Assembly (NCBI GenBank): GCA_905178155.1
Contig: CAJINV010000008.1
Location: 1,426,001 to 1,490,000, forward strand
Source of the DNA: Amoebophrya sp. A120
Taxonomy: Eukaryota; Protista; Dinoflagellata
Length of the DNA: 64,000 nt
Direction of reading: 5' to 3'
Part shown: one piece after another, positions 45,487-58,610 of the stretch
Layout: every line of letters starts with the position of its first letter
Position numbering within the stretch: the stretch's first letter is position 1
The notes under the pieces: model-generated
Database searches by the model: none
What the model saw: only the letters and a program-made list of their open reading frames with translations
Told to the model about the DNA's origin: nothing
Translations under genes and position numbers: made by a program

Positions 45487-48456
45487 TTGGAGTGCATACC
45501 ATCAAGAATCGAAACCCGGCTTGTTCTTTCTATGGTGTCCTCGTGCGCCGTGATTGCCTCGCCCCGCCTCGGGCAACAACTTCTGGAATTCAAGCGACAA
45601 TGTCGCTGCCTGATCCAGAGCGGTCTCTTCGGGTCGGCGAGGAGTTGTCTTTCGGCAGCTGTAGACGAGCGCGCTCCTCGTCGTGGTTGCGCCACTCTAT
45701 TTGTCGGATTTATTTCACGACACGTCAAGTGTCGATTTTGTAGCAATTCGGCTGCGGTCAGGTCGCCATCGGGGGCCGGCCACGTAGATGCGACTGCACC
45801 TCTTGCGGCGTCACCCGTACCGATTTCTCTTCGAATCACGCAGTTTTTGCGTCAGATAAATCTACACGACTGGCAAAGGTCGACGTCCTCGACGAATGCT
45901 GGAGTATCAGCTGCGTCAGACCGCAAACAGAAAGGTGCGTTTCGAGCGGAGCTGGTCCAAATTCTGCAGAGCACGAGCCTGTTTGCTTTTGATCCTTACA
46001 CGAACGAAGTTGTCGCCTGCGTTTCTGGATTCTTCGCTCGCTTTCCACTTGTCGAGAGCCATGCTGCTGAGCAAGGTGGGGATATCGATCTACTCAGGCG
46101 AACCTTTGACTGCTTGATTGGCAACGTACAGGGTCGTGTGGAAAGTACGTTTGCGCTTGGAGATGCTGAAAAGGCCGTGAAGGAGCAGCACTTTAGATTC
46201 GGGTGTCGTGTCGGCGAGGGTGAGCACAGCCAGCCCCAGCTGTCCAGAAATCGACAATCACTTAGTTATAGCGACAGGGCATTACACGGAGTTGCTGTTT
46301 CTGGTACATCCGCACTGCAACTGCTCCAACTGCTCGCTGATGTCTGCGCTGTTGTAGCCACAGCGCGTGACGAAGACCATCTTCGCTCTCAGCAGGACCA
46401 CTCTCACCGCAGCACAGAACGGAACTACGACACGGTCGCTCTGGGATTCGGCGAACAACAGCGTCTGAAAAACCTTCAAAAATGGGACGATTTCCTGGCG
46501 CGCGTGTTGCGAACCAGAGCAACATCGTCGGCATTTTCGAGTTGCGATTTTCTACAGTGGGCGCAGGCCTTACGTTCTTCCCCATCGGCAAGCACCTCCC
46601 TTCCGAAGGTCCGCCAGGCGCTTGTGGATGTGCTCGATGATCCAGTGGTTGTTGAACGATTGGAAGGCGAGACAAGTCGCAATCATTCTGCGAGGGCGGA
46701 TTTGGTGACGCTGGCAGATAGCGTGCTGCACCTCCAAACAAGCGATGACGGGAGCAGGAGTGGAGAGCAATTTGTAGAGCAAGAGCTGCAAGAACGTATT
46801 GCCGCAACTTCCATCGTTTTTACGCAGGCCAATGCAACATCAGCAACAACGGAAATATCACAGCTTGCCGCAGCAGTAGGTCGGATTGTATGCGGCTTCC
46901 CTGGCCGTCGTGCTTTTTTCTGGTCGAAAGAGGACTTGCTTCGGATCGTGCGTGTCTGTGCTGCGGCTGTGGACGGCGCCGCAGCGTCGCAGAGCCCAAG
47001 CTGCTCTAATTCCACCAGAAACTACACGAAAGAAGGCCGCCGGGAGCCAGCATTGGCCTTGGAGCTGGCCTGCCAGGAGATTCGGCGAAGGTTTGCGACG
47101 CGCAGTATGCTGAACGGCTACGACGCCGCGGACTTTCTGGAACTTTTCGGGCAGATTCAGCACACGGACGAGACCCTACTTCATGAACTATGGCTTGCTA
47201 TTCGGTCCGCTGTGGGAGAAATGGCCAACGATTGTTTCGGCTTGCCAGCAGCACCTTTGCCCACAGACCACGGCGGCCACATCGGTGTCGTTATTCGCAA
47301 ACACGATCGCAGGCTGCGTGCGGAAAATCCAGCACTTCACGCGTCCATGACGCTCCGTCCTCCAAATAGCGATGAACATCGAATCCCGAGGCGCACTTCT
47401 AGGAGAGAGCTTTTTCTGTTTCTGCACCGCCTTCTTGTAGGGACCTCGCACTTGCATTCATCTACCGGGGCTAAGGCGCTCATTGAAGTTTCGGAAATTA
47501 TTTGCGAACATGACCTGCACAACGATGGATGCTTCGCCGAACGCTTTGCGTGCTTGCGCGGATTTGCGACGGCAAACGTTTTCATTTCTAGCACGCTTGT
47601 GCAAAAACTTTCTATGCCCGATTTTCATGTCGCAAAAGCAAAACCCTCACGAACAGTGCGACGATACGGCGCACGTCGAATCGAGGCGCTCTCCTTAACA
47701 CATCGACGGGAGCGGCCTCACGTCTCGACGGACGGCGTCGATATAGACAACTTCTGCGAGGTTGCAGCACTGTACTCGTCCGTTGCAGAACTCGACGGAC
47801 GTACGGTGACGGACATGAGGAAAAAAATTGAGCAGTACCTTTTGTCGCCGAGCACTTCTTGCTCCCGCGAAGAATCGCTCGGCAGTTCCGAGAAAATCGC
47901 ATGCGTCCGTGTTGGTGGAAACGAGAACAACGTCGGCGCGCTTCTTGAACTGTCCGACCTTGTCAACTGCCTCCAGTTCTACATTTTCAGTTCGAGGACA
48001 ACGAGCGCAGACGCGGCTGTCGACGACCGCACCAGAGGCTCACTCGACATGACTGTGGTCTGGTCACTGGTGCTACAAATCGCAGGCGCATTTTCGTCGT
48101 CTTCCGGGGCTGCGCCACACAGTTGTAACCCCTCGGGCGATCATCTTCCGCTAATTGAGGCAGTTGAAGCGCGTGACCAGGTCGTAGCGATAGCCTTTCT
48201 CTTCTGGAGAAACTGTCACGATTGGTGTGAGCGGTCGCCGCTAGTGGTTCTTCGGGCATTGCTTGGGTGCGTTGGTGAAAAAGTCGAACCGCCGGAAGCT
48301 GAACAGGAGGACGAGCGGTTGCGGCGCATGGTGTGGCAAACAGTTTGCAACTTGGGCCTCGGAAACGCAGCACAGCTACGACCAGTCTTTGAGATCTTTC
48401 CACGTTCTATCGTAATCGGATCGAGAGAGGGCAGCACGGCCCGCGCTGGCGTTTGA
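45487..48456 (+). CDS. Large hypothetical helical protein (989-aa uninterrupted ORF)
   Basis: Length far beyond chance; Leu/Ala/Arg-rich; no motif recognised; start uncertain. Confidence 0.65.
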   Translation: MECIPSRIETRLVLSMVSSCAVIASPRLGQQLLEFKRQCRCLIQSGLFGSARSCLSAAVDERAPRRGCATLFVGFISRHVKCRFCSNSAAVRSPSGAGHVDATAPLAASPVPISLRITQFLRQINLHDWQRSTSSTNAGVSAASDRKQKGAFRAELVQILQSTSLFAFDPYTNEVVACVSGFFARFPLVESHAAEQGGDIDLLRRTFDCLIGNVQGRVESTFALGDAEKAVKEQHFRFGCRVGEGEHSQPQLSRNRQSLSYSDRALHGVAVSGTSALQLLQLLADVCAVVATARDEDHLRSQQDHSHRSTERNYDTVALGFGEQQRLKNLQKWDDFLARVLRTRATSSAFSSCDFLQWAQALRSSPSASTSLPKVRQALVDVLDDPVVVERLEGETSRNHSARADLVTLADSVLHLQTSDDGSRSGEQFVEQELQERIAATSIVFTQANATSATTEISQLAAAVGRIVCGFPGRRAFFWSKEDLLRIVRVCAAAVDGAAASQSPSCSNSTRNYTKEGRREPALALELACQEIRRRFATRSMLNGYDAADFLELFGQIQHTDETLLHELWLAIRSAVGEMANDCFGLPAAPLPTDHGGHIGVVIRKHDRRLRAENPALHASMTLRPPNSDEHRIPRRTSRRELFLFLHRLLVGTSHLHSSTGAKALIEVSEIICEHDLHNDGCFAERFACLRGFATANVFISSTLVQKLSMPDFHVAKAKPSRTVRRYGARRIEALSLTHRRERPHVSTDGVDIDNFCEVAALYSSVAELDGRTVTDMRKKIEQYLLSPSTSCSREESLGSSEKIACVRVGGNENNVGALLELSDLVNCLQFYIFSSRTTSADAAVDDRTRGSLDMTVVWSLVLQIAGAFSSSSGAAPHSCNPSGDHLPLIEAVEARDQVVAIAFLFWRNCHDWCERSPLVVLRALLGCVGEKVEPPEAEQEDERLRRMVWQTVCNLGLGNAAQLRPVFEIFPRSIVIGSREGSTARAGV

Positions 48457-49045
48457 AAGGCGAAGGCCGCCGATCCTTTTTTTCGAAAAAGCTCACGGCA
48501 TTTTGCGGTGGGGTTGCAGCGGTGCCGCCGTAAAGTTTTTTATGCTTGCACTTGAAGATCCGGTCTCTTGATTTTGTTGACGTAAGAAAATGTTTACCAC
48601 CAGCGCATCCGCATGCGAACAAATGAAGGCAAAGGTATTCTCTAGACGTGGATTTTTCATGCCGATGCCGCAGTTGTAAAAAGCCGCTGGCTGCTCATGT
48701 TCGTACGTATGAAGATCGAAGAGGTCTGCGCGATTCGGGTCTTCCTGAAAGCCTATGACAAGCGTAAGATGAGAGGAGCAACTACATGCCAAAAGATTTG
48801 TAAAGCAAATAAACGCAAAACTCTGAAAATCGCACTCGCTTTCATGACAACCAAGAAGATCCTAGTGTTAGCTGTCGTGGATATCGGAGGTACTGCCTTC
48901 CGTGAAGCAGGAGTCCCAGTGATCTGTTGCGCTTTTTGTATTTCGCTGTTTGGTTATCTTTGTGATCTTCACGTCTTACTGACTCATGAACGACATGTAA
49001 AGAAGGGCTGCTCCTGCTCGTGCCGCCATACCAACGAGAGGGTTT

Positions 49046-51334
49046 ATGCGGCCACCTGAAGCTTTCCCTTCGTGTCATCCTCCTCGGGCTCATCCACCTG
49101 GCGTGTTGAACACGTCCTCTGCAAAATATGCTATTCGACTGGTTTGCGGATGTTGGCTGGGTTCATCCAGCCCGTGGTCGTTTTGCGGTGTTTTCATATC
49201 CTCCCTCTTGTCGTGCGCGGTATTGTATCGACGGCTCGTTGGCTGTCCAGAGTTCTTCGCGCACCGAAAGCACGTAGCGACCAAATCGCACGCCGACCGG
49301 CTCAATGTGGTGCGGGATGAGGAGCACAAGACGGGCTACGTTGACAGGAACGCCCCTTGGAAAGCTTTGGGCCAGGAGGAGCAGTCCCAAAGCATTATAT
49401 CGTCTGTGCGTCAAACGGCAGGCGCAGGTGTGCGTGTCGCCGTCTTTCTAGTGGTCGGAGATTCCGTGGATCGAGTGGCAAATCAAAACGGATGCAGGGA
49501 ACGTGGTGGTCGACTCGTTGCCTTCCCGAATAGCCTGCGCAAGTACACAAATTTCCTAAATCGCCACCACGACGCGCGCCATCTCCCTAGCCCAGGGAGG
49601 ATTAAAGCACCGGGCATCAGCGGGAAGGTGCAGGGAGAGCGGTTCTCTGACCCTGTTGCCCGTGGGCAGGAGACGGATCACGATGATAGCAACGACGAGG
49701 CGTTCAAAATTACAAATCGTCTCAGCTCGGTTTTCTCCGACTTCGAAAACCGGTATCCCTGGGCAAGGTATTTTGACCCCTGGGTGTGCGTGATCACGCC
49801 TCCAAGAAGCGTCAAACTTGAGAGCCGACGATCACAAGCAGCAAAAAACACGACAATTGAGCTTGTGGTGACCATTCGAAACGCGTTCGGCGTCAGCGAC
49901 TCCCCGCCCTATCGGCACCTGCGGTTTTCCTGGGAAGATGAGCGTTTGCCTTTGCGGGAGAAGGAGAAAACGTTACAACGCGGCACCCCATACGATTTTT
50001 TTCGGGATGTGATTGCAAATCCTGTCCGTGACTTTGTAAGCGCCCTCTCAAGACGTGTGGTTGATGGTGCCAGCGCAAAAAAGCCCCCCACCAGCGTAGA
50101 GGTTCAGTTAGAACATATCGTATGCTGTGCAAAGGTTTATCGTGTCTCCTTGATTGTGTATGATGATCATGCAAGAAGATCAACATCAACAAGCTGAGGC
50201 CACAGAATATCGCATAAAAACAAAAAGCAACAGACTTCACATGTACCGATGCAACTTGTTGCACCATGCATAAATGGTTCTGCACAGTAACTTCTGGCCT
50301 CTTGCGAGACTCCGCGATCTTGCTCAGGAAGATGGAAAATCTCGCAACGAGATTGGTGGAAACAGCAAGAACGCTGGTAACACTGCGGCTCAGGAGCTGC
50401 GAGCACTGGACCAGTGGTATGACGAAGCACAAGAATTAGCTTCGAAAGGACTCAGAAGCGCACCTCCCCTGCCGCCCTTTGCTGCTTCATTTGTCGAAAA
50501 CGCAACCATCCTAGTTCGTTCGATCCGTGACTTCTTTCGTCTTCCAGAAGAAAATAAAATGGAAGAGCGGCCTTCATTAGCAAGCGGTTCAGATGTGGAA
50601 AACGAAACCAGTACCAGCTTGGTGGCTCGACGAACCGCGAACAATGGAAACACCACGCAAGGGCAGCTGCGTGTCTTTGGGGCCGGTCTTTTGCACTTGC
50701 ACAACAATGCTGTGACGCCGAGGATTTCATGGCGGACCGCGAACATAGTGACGCGCGCAAACAGTTCAAAATCTGACTGGTGGTACGGTGGGAGGGTCAG
50801 CGTCTTGAATGAGGCCGGTCGTGAGATGGCAAGGAAGAACGGAGTATGTATTTCTAAAATCACACCCACCCTGAATTTTGACGTCACACGGAACATGCAG
50901 TAGTTAGCCGGACTCTCCACCAACTGCAAGTAGTGACGCAGGCGCAATACTCGCCCCCCGCATTGCAGACTGTGGGCAACCAAGACAAAGATTGAGGGCG
51001 AGGGTGGTTTTCCATATCATACCGAGTTCGCATCATCGATTTCGAAAACATCGCTAGGCAGACGCAAGCACGAACAAAAGTGAGACAGTCGCCGTCTGGA
51101 GGCCCTGTTGTAGCTCAGAAAACTAGTGAGTACGATGACGGAGTGCATCCAACCAACGCCGTTAGCTTGAGGCTCTTCGACGAGTTTCTTCTTCTGAATT
51201 TGGTTCAAAATGGAGACGAACAAAAGAATGCCTCTTCATTGTATATCACATCTTATGAAAAGCGACTTTCTACTGCCTCGACGTGGAAGCGCTGTATAAA
51301 AGAATTTCTTTTCTTCGTTCTTATGACATCATGA
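49046..51334 (+). CDS. SGNH/PC-esterase-like hydrolase
   Basis: FLVVGDS, IVLHSNFW, ISWRT, LNEAGREMARKNGVRIIDF, DGVHP motifs after removing two TIR elements. Confidence 0.7.
50121..50272. mobile_element. Degenerate family B introner
   Basis: tatgctgtgcaa.. start; flanks tatcg/aatgg; element+5 restores frame. Confidence 0.7.
50845..51021. mobile_element. TIR introner element (177 bp)
   Basis: Imperfect ~36-bp IR; flanks cggag/ccgag; removal gives KNG|VRIIDF. Confidence 0.8.
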
Positions 51335-51663
51335 CCATGGGTGTTATGGTCGAAGCTGTTCAGCGTCAACGTCAAGCACGCGCACGCGTTCGCAAAAGGA
51401 TTGCATCGTCCTCGTTTCTTCCGCCGAATTGGAATTGGGCTGGTTTAGGTTTACACATTTTTTTTTTCATTTTCTATGACCACGTAACTCACTACCAAAC
51501 TAGAAATATTCGTCGGCAATGGTTCGACTTTCCACCCTCCCTTGCAGCAACTGATTTCAAAAAGCAAGAGAGCCTCATAGCTGTGCGTACTTATTCCTAT
51601 CTCCGCAAGCTGCAACAAGAAGATCCTAGTACTCATTAGTTTATTTACACGGAAGCCGAAGCA

Positions 51664-52404
51664 ATGCTCGCCTCAAGTTTCGCTCCTAGTCCTGCAGGTC
51701 CGGCTGCAGCCTCGTCATCTGGCTCCGTGACAACTGGGACAAGCTGTACGGCGCTTACGGGAGTTCAGCTGGCATCGACAGAAGCAGGAGGAGATTCCGT
51801 TTCCAGATCACAGATTCTCTCGCAGACCGCGACCACGATTGCGCGAACCACAAGCATTCCCGCCCCGCTCGAGCGGCTGCTTGCGGCCATGCGGTATCGC
51901 GGTGCGATCATGCAAACTGCGCAGCTCGTCCACGACTACCCCGCCGACCGTCTGGATTTGTTCGACAAGAAATTGATTGAAGCCTCGCAGAACCCGTCTG
52001 CTCTGGCCATGGGGGGCATCGTGGGTCTGTACGCGGCGATTTTTTTCGCGTGCAACAAGTTCGGTAAAGCCCGCCTCGACCGGATAGAGGCGCGGTGGAG
52101 CAACATGAGCTTCGTGAAGAATTACGTCGCAAAAAGGTGCGAATCGCCGATGCAGGCACAGCAAGTGCAGCAGTCGTTTGGGCTGTTGGGCCGCAGCTTG
52201 ACCCGGCAGGTAGCGGGCGTCGTTCCCAGTCTCCTCGCGATCTACGTGTACGGGCTGGCTTCTGCGAGGGAAATGATCTCCTCGTTCGTCAAGGATCGCA
52301 ACACCGCACTCGGTGTGGAATGCAGTAACCTTTACTTCGAGAAGGCTCCGCTAGACTGGCGAGCTATGAAGGAGAAGGAAGCAGAGCTCGATCAGTCTCA
52401 GTGA
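51664..52404 (+). CDS. Hypothetical membrane protein (246 aa)
   Basis: ATG-initiated ORF, GC3-rich, two hydrophobic segments. Confidence 0.65.
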   Translation: MLASSFAPSPAGPAAASSSGSVTTGTSCTALTGVQLASTEAGGDSVSRSQILSQTATTIARTTSIPAPLERLLAAMRYRGAIMQTAQLVHDYPADRLDLFDKKLIEASQNPSALAMGGIVGLYAAIFFACNKFGKARLDRIEARWSNMSFVKNYVAKRCESPMQAQQVQQSFGLLGRSLTRQVAGVVPSLLAIYVYGLASAREMISSFVKDRNTALGVECSNLYFEKAPLDWRAMKEKEAELDQSQ

Positions 52405-53597
52405 TGAACGAGAAGCAGCGCGCATTGGTTCACAAGAATATCATACTGAAAATCAACAGTTAGAGTTGCACTCGGACTTACCGTGCGATCTTTCTTCCGT
52501 ATGTCAGCATGCGTCTCCATCGCTCACCTAAGAAATAGTTTTGTTGATTTCCATCCGAACAAATATCAGGATGGAAGTCAATGCTTTGGTACAAAAGCTG
52601 TCCATCGCGGTTCTCGTCAGAGGGGATGGGCATCGGTTTGAGCAAGGCAAAAAAGGAAGGCCCGATGACATTTTTGACACCACGTGAGGCACCAGATCGA
52701 AGGTATCGTAATCGTTTGATGCTGAAGATCATGAGGTTGAGTGGCGAAGGCGATTTAGACGCATGCTCTTCTGAGTGAAGTTGGACGAAAGTAGAGCGAC
52801 GTAGACGAAATTCCAACGTGGCAGACAAAAAGAAAAAGAAAACAATCGAGGAGCGTGAGTGTGAATCTTTGTTCTCCGTATGCAGCACGACGATTTAACA
52901 ATTTGTGCGCATCCTGTATCCTATGGACATGATCCCCCGATCGATTTACCGGTACTACGACCCGTAGGCAAGAAATACCCCACTGTGCGGCGCAGGCAGT
53001 TACGTCAAGGTAGAACGGAGAAGCGCTAACCCCGGCGGAGCAGTATTGAGAAATCGCTTGCGACACACGCTTGGGGCAGCTTTTTTACTTAGCCCGCGGC
53101 GTCGGCCACGGCACGTTGTCATGTCGACGCCGCAGCGGTACGATATCAGCACTTCGAAGGACGTGCAGCAGTTCAGTATTGGCACCGAACACTACGACTT
53201 AAACAGTTTTCCCAATTCCGAGCAAAAACTCGCTCGAGGTCATCAAGCGCAGCCACACAATTCATGCGTGGATCCGTTTCAGTGACAACACGGAGTTAGA
53301 AGCACTGTCGCTCTGATTGAGTTTTGTTGCAGAACGAACCGCCCGATAGTGCGCAATTGTGGTGGTCGTCTTGCTCGTGCTTTACATGATACACTACATC
53401 TGTTGATTTCCTTGCATAACCGTTCCTGGTATCGCAACAGCAACCACAATAAAAGGCATTTACGTCCTGACTTCACTTGCTCGTTTATGTTAAATGCTCT
53501 ACACGATGTGTGGATGATCTTGATCCCGTGCTGACGGTCGGCCTACGGAATTGTTCCGTTTTGCATCGATAATTAGAATTTACCCTCCCAGTCGCCA

Positions 53598-56500
53598 ATG
53601 TACCCGAACACGCAGCAATTTACCAACCCGAGTGCTGCTCAGGCCGCAGGTCCGCCGAGCACCATGCCGGGCTTGCAGAATTACAACTATGGCAGTAGTA
53701 CGAGCAACAGACACGCGTCGGTGGGGCCGAGCACCTCCGCGCGAGGGCGAGCTGTCGAGTCAAGCAGCGGGAGCGATCAACAGCGATCGCGGTCGGCGGT
53801 TTTACCAAAGACGGATGGGAGCCTGCTAAACAACAAGCAAGTCGTGCTTTATGGTCAGGGCAAAACTTTTCGGCACCCGCGGGTCAGTGAAATGCTCTGC
53901 TTCCCATTGATTGATTTTACCGTCGCGCGCGTACACTGCAACTGCATGTGCATCATCTGCATCTGGTGCAGTAGAATGTGAATGCTTTCTAGAAATTCTC
54001 GACATGCAAACTAGTGAGTCGTAGTCCGGGAGGTCGGCATGACATTTTTAGGATCCTCATTTTCATCACGGTCGTGTTGCGTCTGTCTACATGGTGTGCT
54101 CGAGCGCAATAAGTTGAGATTGTGATTGTCGTGTAGACTACCCACAGTGGTCCGCAGGCCAAAAAAAAACGCGTCTCTCATCTCCAAGCTTGACAAGAAA
54201 AGGTGACCGAGACCGAGGCTCCGCAGAATAGTTTTGCCAGGATATGTGTGGAAAGAACCAAGTTGGGCTTCGAATAACGGATATTGCCGGCTTCGACAGC
54301 CGACAGATGATGTTTCTCGTATCCAGGAAAAAACACCCATCCCCATCCATTTTTTGCATGGCAAATAGTGGATTTTATACATGTTTTGCATGACAAATTG
54401 GATGGGGATGGGTGTTTTTTCCTGGATATCTCGGCCATGCCAAATACAAGCTCGTCGTGGAGGCGTGGCCACTTTTGGCCGACGAACGAAACGCCGACCG
54501 AAACGCGATGGCTACCATATCAACTGTAAAAATGTCTGGGTCTGGAAACTTGTGATGCTGGTTGGCGTATCATGAGGAGGCCACAAGTGCTCGCTCAGCA
54601 TGACAAGTTTCTGAGGTTCTAGGTGTTGCCTATTCTGCATGACAAACTGCGTTTCTGCATGACAGAAAAATGGCGCTCTAGGGTAACGTGCATGACAGAT
54701 TTGAGAGTCATGCCAGACAAGCATGACAAACATGCAATTCTTCCAGACCCAGACATTTTTACATTTGATATACCAATTTTGGGGACAACAATGACTTGCT
54801 AAAGGTGCCTGTCGCGAGTTCGGCAACGTCGAAACCGGGCAATCAGCTGGATTTCTCCGATGAAGTTTTGGTGATCGATAGCCCGGATCGCTTTTCTCAC
54901 TTTGAGCTGGCACTAGAAGAGGAGGGCTTTTTCAGCACCGAAGCCGTTGTCAAGACGCCCAAGCTATCAAATGCAAATATCATGTAGTCTGGAAGCGAAA
55001 CACCAACACGGCAGAGCGAGGTTTGTCATGCAGCTTTTGCATCACCAACCTAGGAGAAGGATCGAACCCAGGTGTGCAGCATGGATGCCTTCAAAATCAC
55101 ATGTTTTCTCACTGAAGAGTTCTTCAGTGCTTATTCCGAGCTAGCTCTAGCTGGTGCAACTCGATCTTGGATTGAAATCAGGAGAGCAGCTTTTGCTCTC
55201 CATGCATGAGTGACATTTTTAAGCGTGACAGAAAGAACGCATGGATATACGAGTTAGCACCTTTTCAGCAGTCCCGGAAATATTTGTAACCCATAGAAGT
55301 TTGACCTGCAACACTCCGACCTGGTACTCGGGCAGCCTGTCAAGGAGTATTTCATGGACGCAAAGTCCGGTCGGAAAACGCCGGCCAGTGTGTCTTTCAC
55401 CATGATGAAAGGCGGCGTGGACCCTCTTTCCAGTACGGTCTTGCAATCGAGTCGAGGTCCAAGCCGGATTGCGGTACTGGATCTAAAGGTGGTGCAAGAC
55501 CTGCCACATGTGGACGCTTTGGACAGGTGAGAGTAACAAGGTCATGGTATGCAGTAGGAGTAGTTGCAGCAAGACAACCATCAGTCGTGTCACTTTAGTT
55601 CATCTGCACTGGCAGTTTTGTGCACTGAAAGTGACCATGACCAAAAACAAAAAATACTGCGAAGAACAATTTTTCCTGTCAATACATTTCAGGAGTGGCC
55701 TGATCGACATCCGGGTGCAGTCGGCGGACGGAAAGAAAACGCTTGAAGTGCTAGGGCCCTTTCTGACAACGCCCATCCCGGGTGCGCTCCACCTGCGGAA
55801 AGCGGACATAGGTCAGTGTTTCCGGGTGCCAAGGATCCCTGTGGACGCGAAACCAGGACAGTCTGCGGTGATCAATGTCCGGCTGCAAATCAGCACGTCC
55901 GTGGTGACGACCGGAAAGCACGGCGAGCAGCACCACCACCAGCCGCATACTTTGGGAACCACCGACGTCTTTCCCATAGACCGCACTCCGATTGCGCGAA
56001 CGCTGAAGCTGGATCGCGGGGGCATGGTCGTGCTACACTTTGTACTAAATGCGGAACAGCCCGCTATGGACTTGGAAACCACCTTGCTGCCTGGCTCCCT
56101 GAACTCACTTACCCAAATCGTCGGCGCAACAAGTGGCGCAGCAGTGGCTCCACCTGTCGTGTACTATGCGAATGAATATTGTTCATCGTGTTTTGTAGTT
56201 CTTGATCCAGGAGCAACTCGAGCCTTCAAAAATCTACACTCTGCCCTTAAGTAAAAGTGAAGGGGCGCTCCTGATTTAATTTATACTATTTTCAGCTCCA
56301 CGTGTTGTTCAAACTTGCTCTTGCTGAGACTGGGATTTACTTCCTTCCATTTTTTGTGCAGCACCTTTCTCCTTGTCTTCAGTGGAGCGAAATCATGTAT
56401 GTTGCTTCGTCCACACTTATACATTGATGTTCGTGCGATATAATAATTCGTGTCCCACATCACGACTGACAGCGCCCAACCTCCCGGCTCCGACCCCGCC

Positions 56501-58035
56501 ATCATGGGGAAGAACCTTGTCCGGCTGGACAACGCCAAACTACAGCTACTCGCAGCGCACGGTCAGGAGCGCGCGCTGGAAAAGGGCATCGAGGGCCGGA
56601 AGATTGTGGACAAAACCACCCTGAAGGTTTCGAGCGGGTGGCGCGAATGGGACAATTTGGACGACTTGTTTTCCAGTCTGGGCTATGGATTGCAAAAGTG
56701 TCTGGGTCTGGAAGAGTGCGCGATTTGTCATGTGGCTTTTCCATGACCCATGAGGTCTGGAATGCAGGACCTAGCATGACAGATTCTGTGCGATCTCTCT
56801 CATGCCTATCCTGCATGAGAAACTCTCTCCCGACTTGGTCAAAACTGGACGACTTTTGGTAATCATGCAACACAGATTTTTGCATGCTTCAGATTTAGCA
56901 TGACAAGTTGCATTCTTCCAGACCCAGACATTTTTACATTTGATATGGGCACGCATCCAGTGGTCCAGTCGGACGTGTACAATCATTTGGTCGTCCGGAG
57001 CACGGTGCTATCAAATGTAAAAGTGTCTGGGTCTGGAAGATTGCCACGCTTGTCTTGCACATTTTGCATGACTCCTGCTGTCTGTGATGCATGCCCTAGC
57101 ATCACAGATTTTGTGAGAGCTTCCTGATGCCTATACCGCATGACAAAAGCCCTCTCCGCGTATCCAAATTTGCCTCCTCTTGCTGCTCATGCAATACAGA
57201 TTTTTTTAGAATCCAAAATCAGCATGACAAGTTGGATTCAGATTCTTCCAGACCCAGTCACTTTTACAGTTGATAGGTGCTCCCCGGCGCACCAGGAGCA
57301 GCTGGAGCCGTCGCGTCGCAACATCAGCACCAGGACCGCAACCTCCAGTTGCGAAACCGGGTGCACGCGGACAACATGCGCATCGGGCTGGCCGTGGAAC
57401 GCGGAGCCGACTGGGACCTGAACCGGTACGGAAACGAAGACGGGGGCGGCGGCGCGAAGGGGGTGATCACCGCCATTAACGAATACCAGAAAACGTGTTC
57501 CGTGGTGTGGGAGTGCAACCCGGCCCGAATGCTCTCCCACTACCGGACGGGGAATATGGCGTTCTCACCTGTTACATTCTGCTCAGCTGTTACATGGATT
57601 CGTGATGCAAAAATGGCAAAAGTGAAAGGGGTCACCTTGCGCGTCTTGCATGACAGATCTGGCGCAGATTCTCAGCCTGTTTGGCTCTTCGAGAATTTGT
57701 CATGCGAAGCAGCTCGATCGTGTCACTTCTGATTGTGGTTTTGCATTACAAAGCATGTAACAGTTCAGAATGTAACATTTGAGAACGCCATAGGGAAAGA
57801 CGGCAAGTTCGACCTGGCGACCGCCGACCCAGCCGCAAATGCCGCGGCCAGCATGGTGGCAGCACGTCCGCTCGTGTGCAACCCTCTAGGCGCGGCAGTG
57901 GCCGCAGGCAGGGGAGCCGGAGGCGGTAAGGCTTTTGATGAGGTTGAGGACGCAGATGATATAATTTGCATGGTTCATAGATATATTGAATTCATTTTCC
58001 ATACATCAACAGAACGACCTAACAGGCTATCATGA
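53598..58035 (+). CDS. Multi-exon protein with C-terminal Mib/Herc2 domain (possible C2-like regions upstream)
   Basis: GLAVERGADWD..GNEDGG..G..V.W..HYRTG|KDGKFDL matches the Mib_Herc2 pattern after element removal; several junctions and the 3' end are unresolved. Confidence 0.7.
54320..54428. mobile_element. TIR introner element, family A (109 bp)
   Basis: Perfect 30-bp TIR; TSD tctcg. Confidence 0.96.
54518..54770. mobile_element. TIR introner element, family C (253 bp)
   Basis: TIR tatcaactgtaaaaatgtctgggtctggaa; TSD tacca. Confidence 0.96.
56684..56945. mobile_element. TIR introner element, family C (262 bp)
   Basis: TIR ..tgtctgggtctggaaga; TSD tgggc. Confidence 0.95.
57009..57275. 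mobile_element. TIR introner element, family C (267 bp)
   Basis: TIR tatcaaatgtaaaagtgtctgggtctggaaga; TSD ggtgc. Confidence 0.95.
57555..57792. mobile_element. TIR introner element, family D (238 bp)
   Basis: TIR tatggcgttctca..tgttacattctg; TSD gggaa; splits YRTG|KDGKFDL. Confidence 0.96.
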
Positions 58036-58373
58036 TACGTAGAAAAGAGCCTACACCTAGGCTAAATCTGCATATGACGTGTGCGCATCAACCAACAGTG
58101 ACAGGGTCCGCATTATCGATATGCGTATTCCGACAAAAGGAATACCCCGGTGGCTGCGCGTGTGTTTCCGGCGCAGTTTCCTCTGGAATAAATTAGAAAA
58201 ATATCATCGACGACTTTCTAGTTTATCTAATTCTAAAGGATAGCACAGGAAGTAATTTTCAATGTTTGAATCTGCTAAAGTAGTGCCCGCGCACGCGCTG
58301 CGAGTACCAGCATTGATATGTATGAAGTGCAAACAAGAAAACGAACCATTTTGCAGGAGGTGGCGGTGCGGAG

Positions 58374-58610
58374 ATGGAGAACATCGAATATGTACCATGG
58401 AAGCAGATTGTGGACGGGGGACAACGCGAAACGCTCAAGTACGCTGCGTACAACCGCGAGCAAGATGCAAAAGTGAGCTTCTGGGATGCGCACCCCGGCT
58501 ATCGGATGAAAGAAGACATCTGGGGCCAGGTTCACAAGTTTGCGAACCCCGTGGATGAGCAACCGATTTTTGTGCAAAGCTGTGTGAGACAAGAAAGCTT
58601 CTGGGCATAA
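58374..58610 (+). CDS. Probable terminal exon or small protein
   Basis: 78-aa ORF with coding-like composition; may belong to the upstream gene. Confidence 0.35.
   Translation: MENIEYVPWKQIVDGGQRETLKYAAYNREQDAKVSFWDAHPGYRMKEDIWGQVHKFANPVDEQPIFVQSCVRQESFWA

Noticed and set aside
4386-54428. Shared peptide 'domain' (QEKTPIPI / KKHPSPS / WMGMGVFSW) in several ORFs
   Set aside because: Translation of the family A TIR in different frames, not a protein domain.
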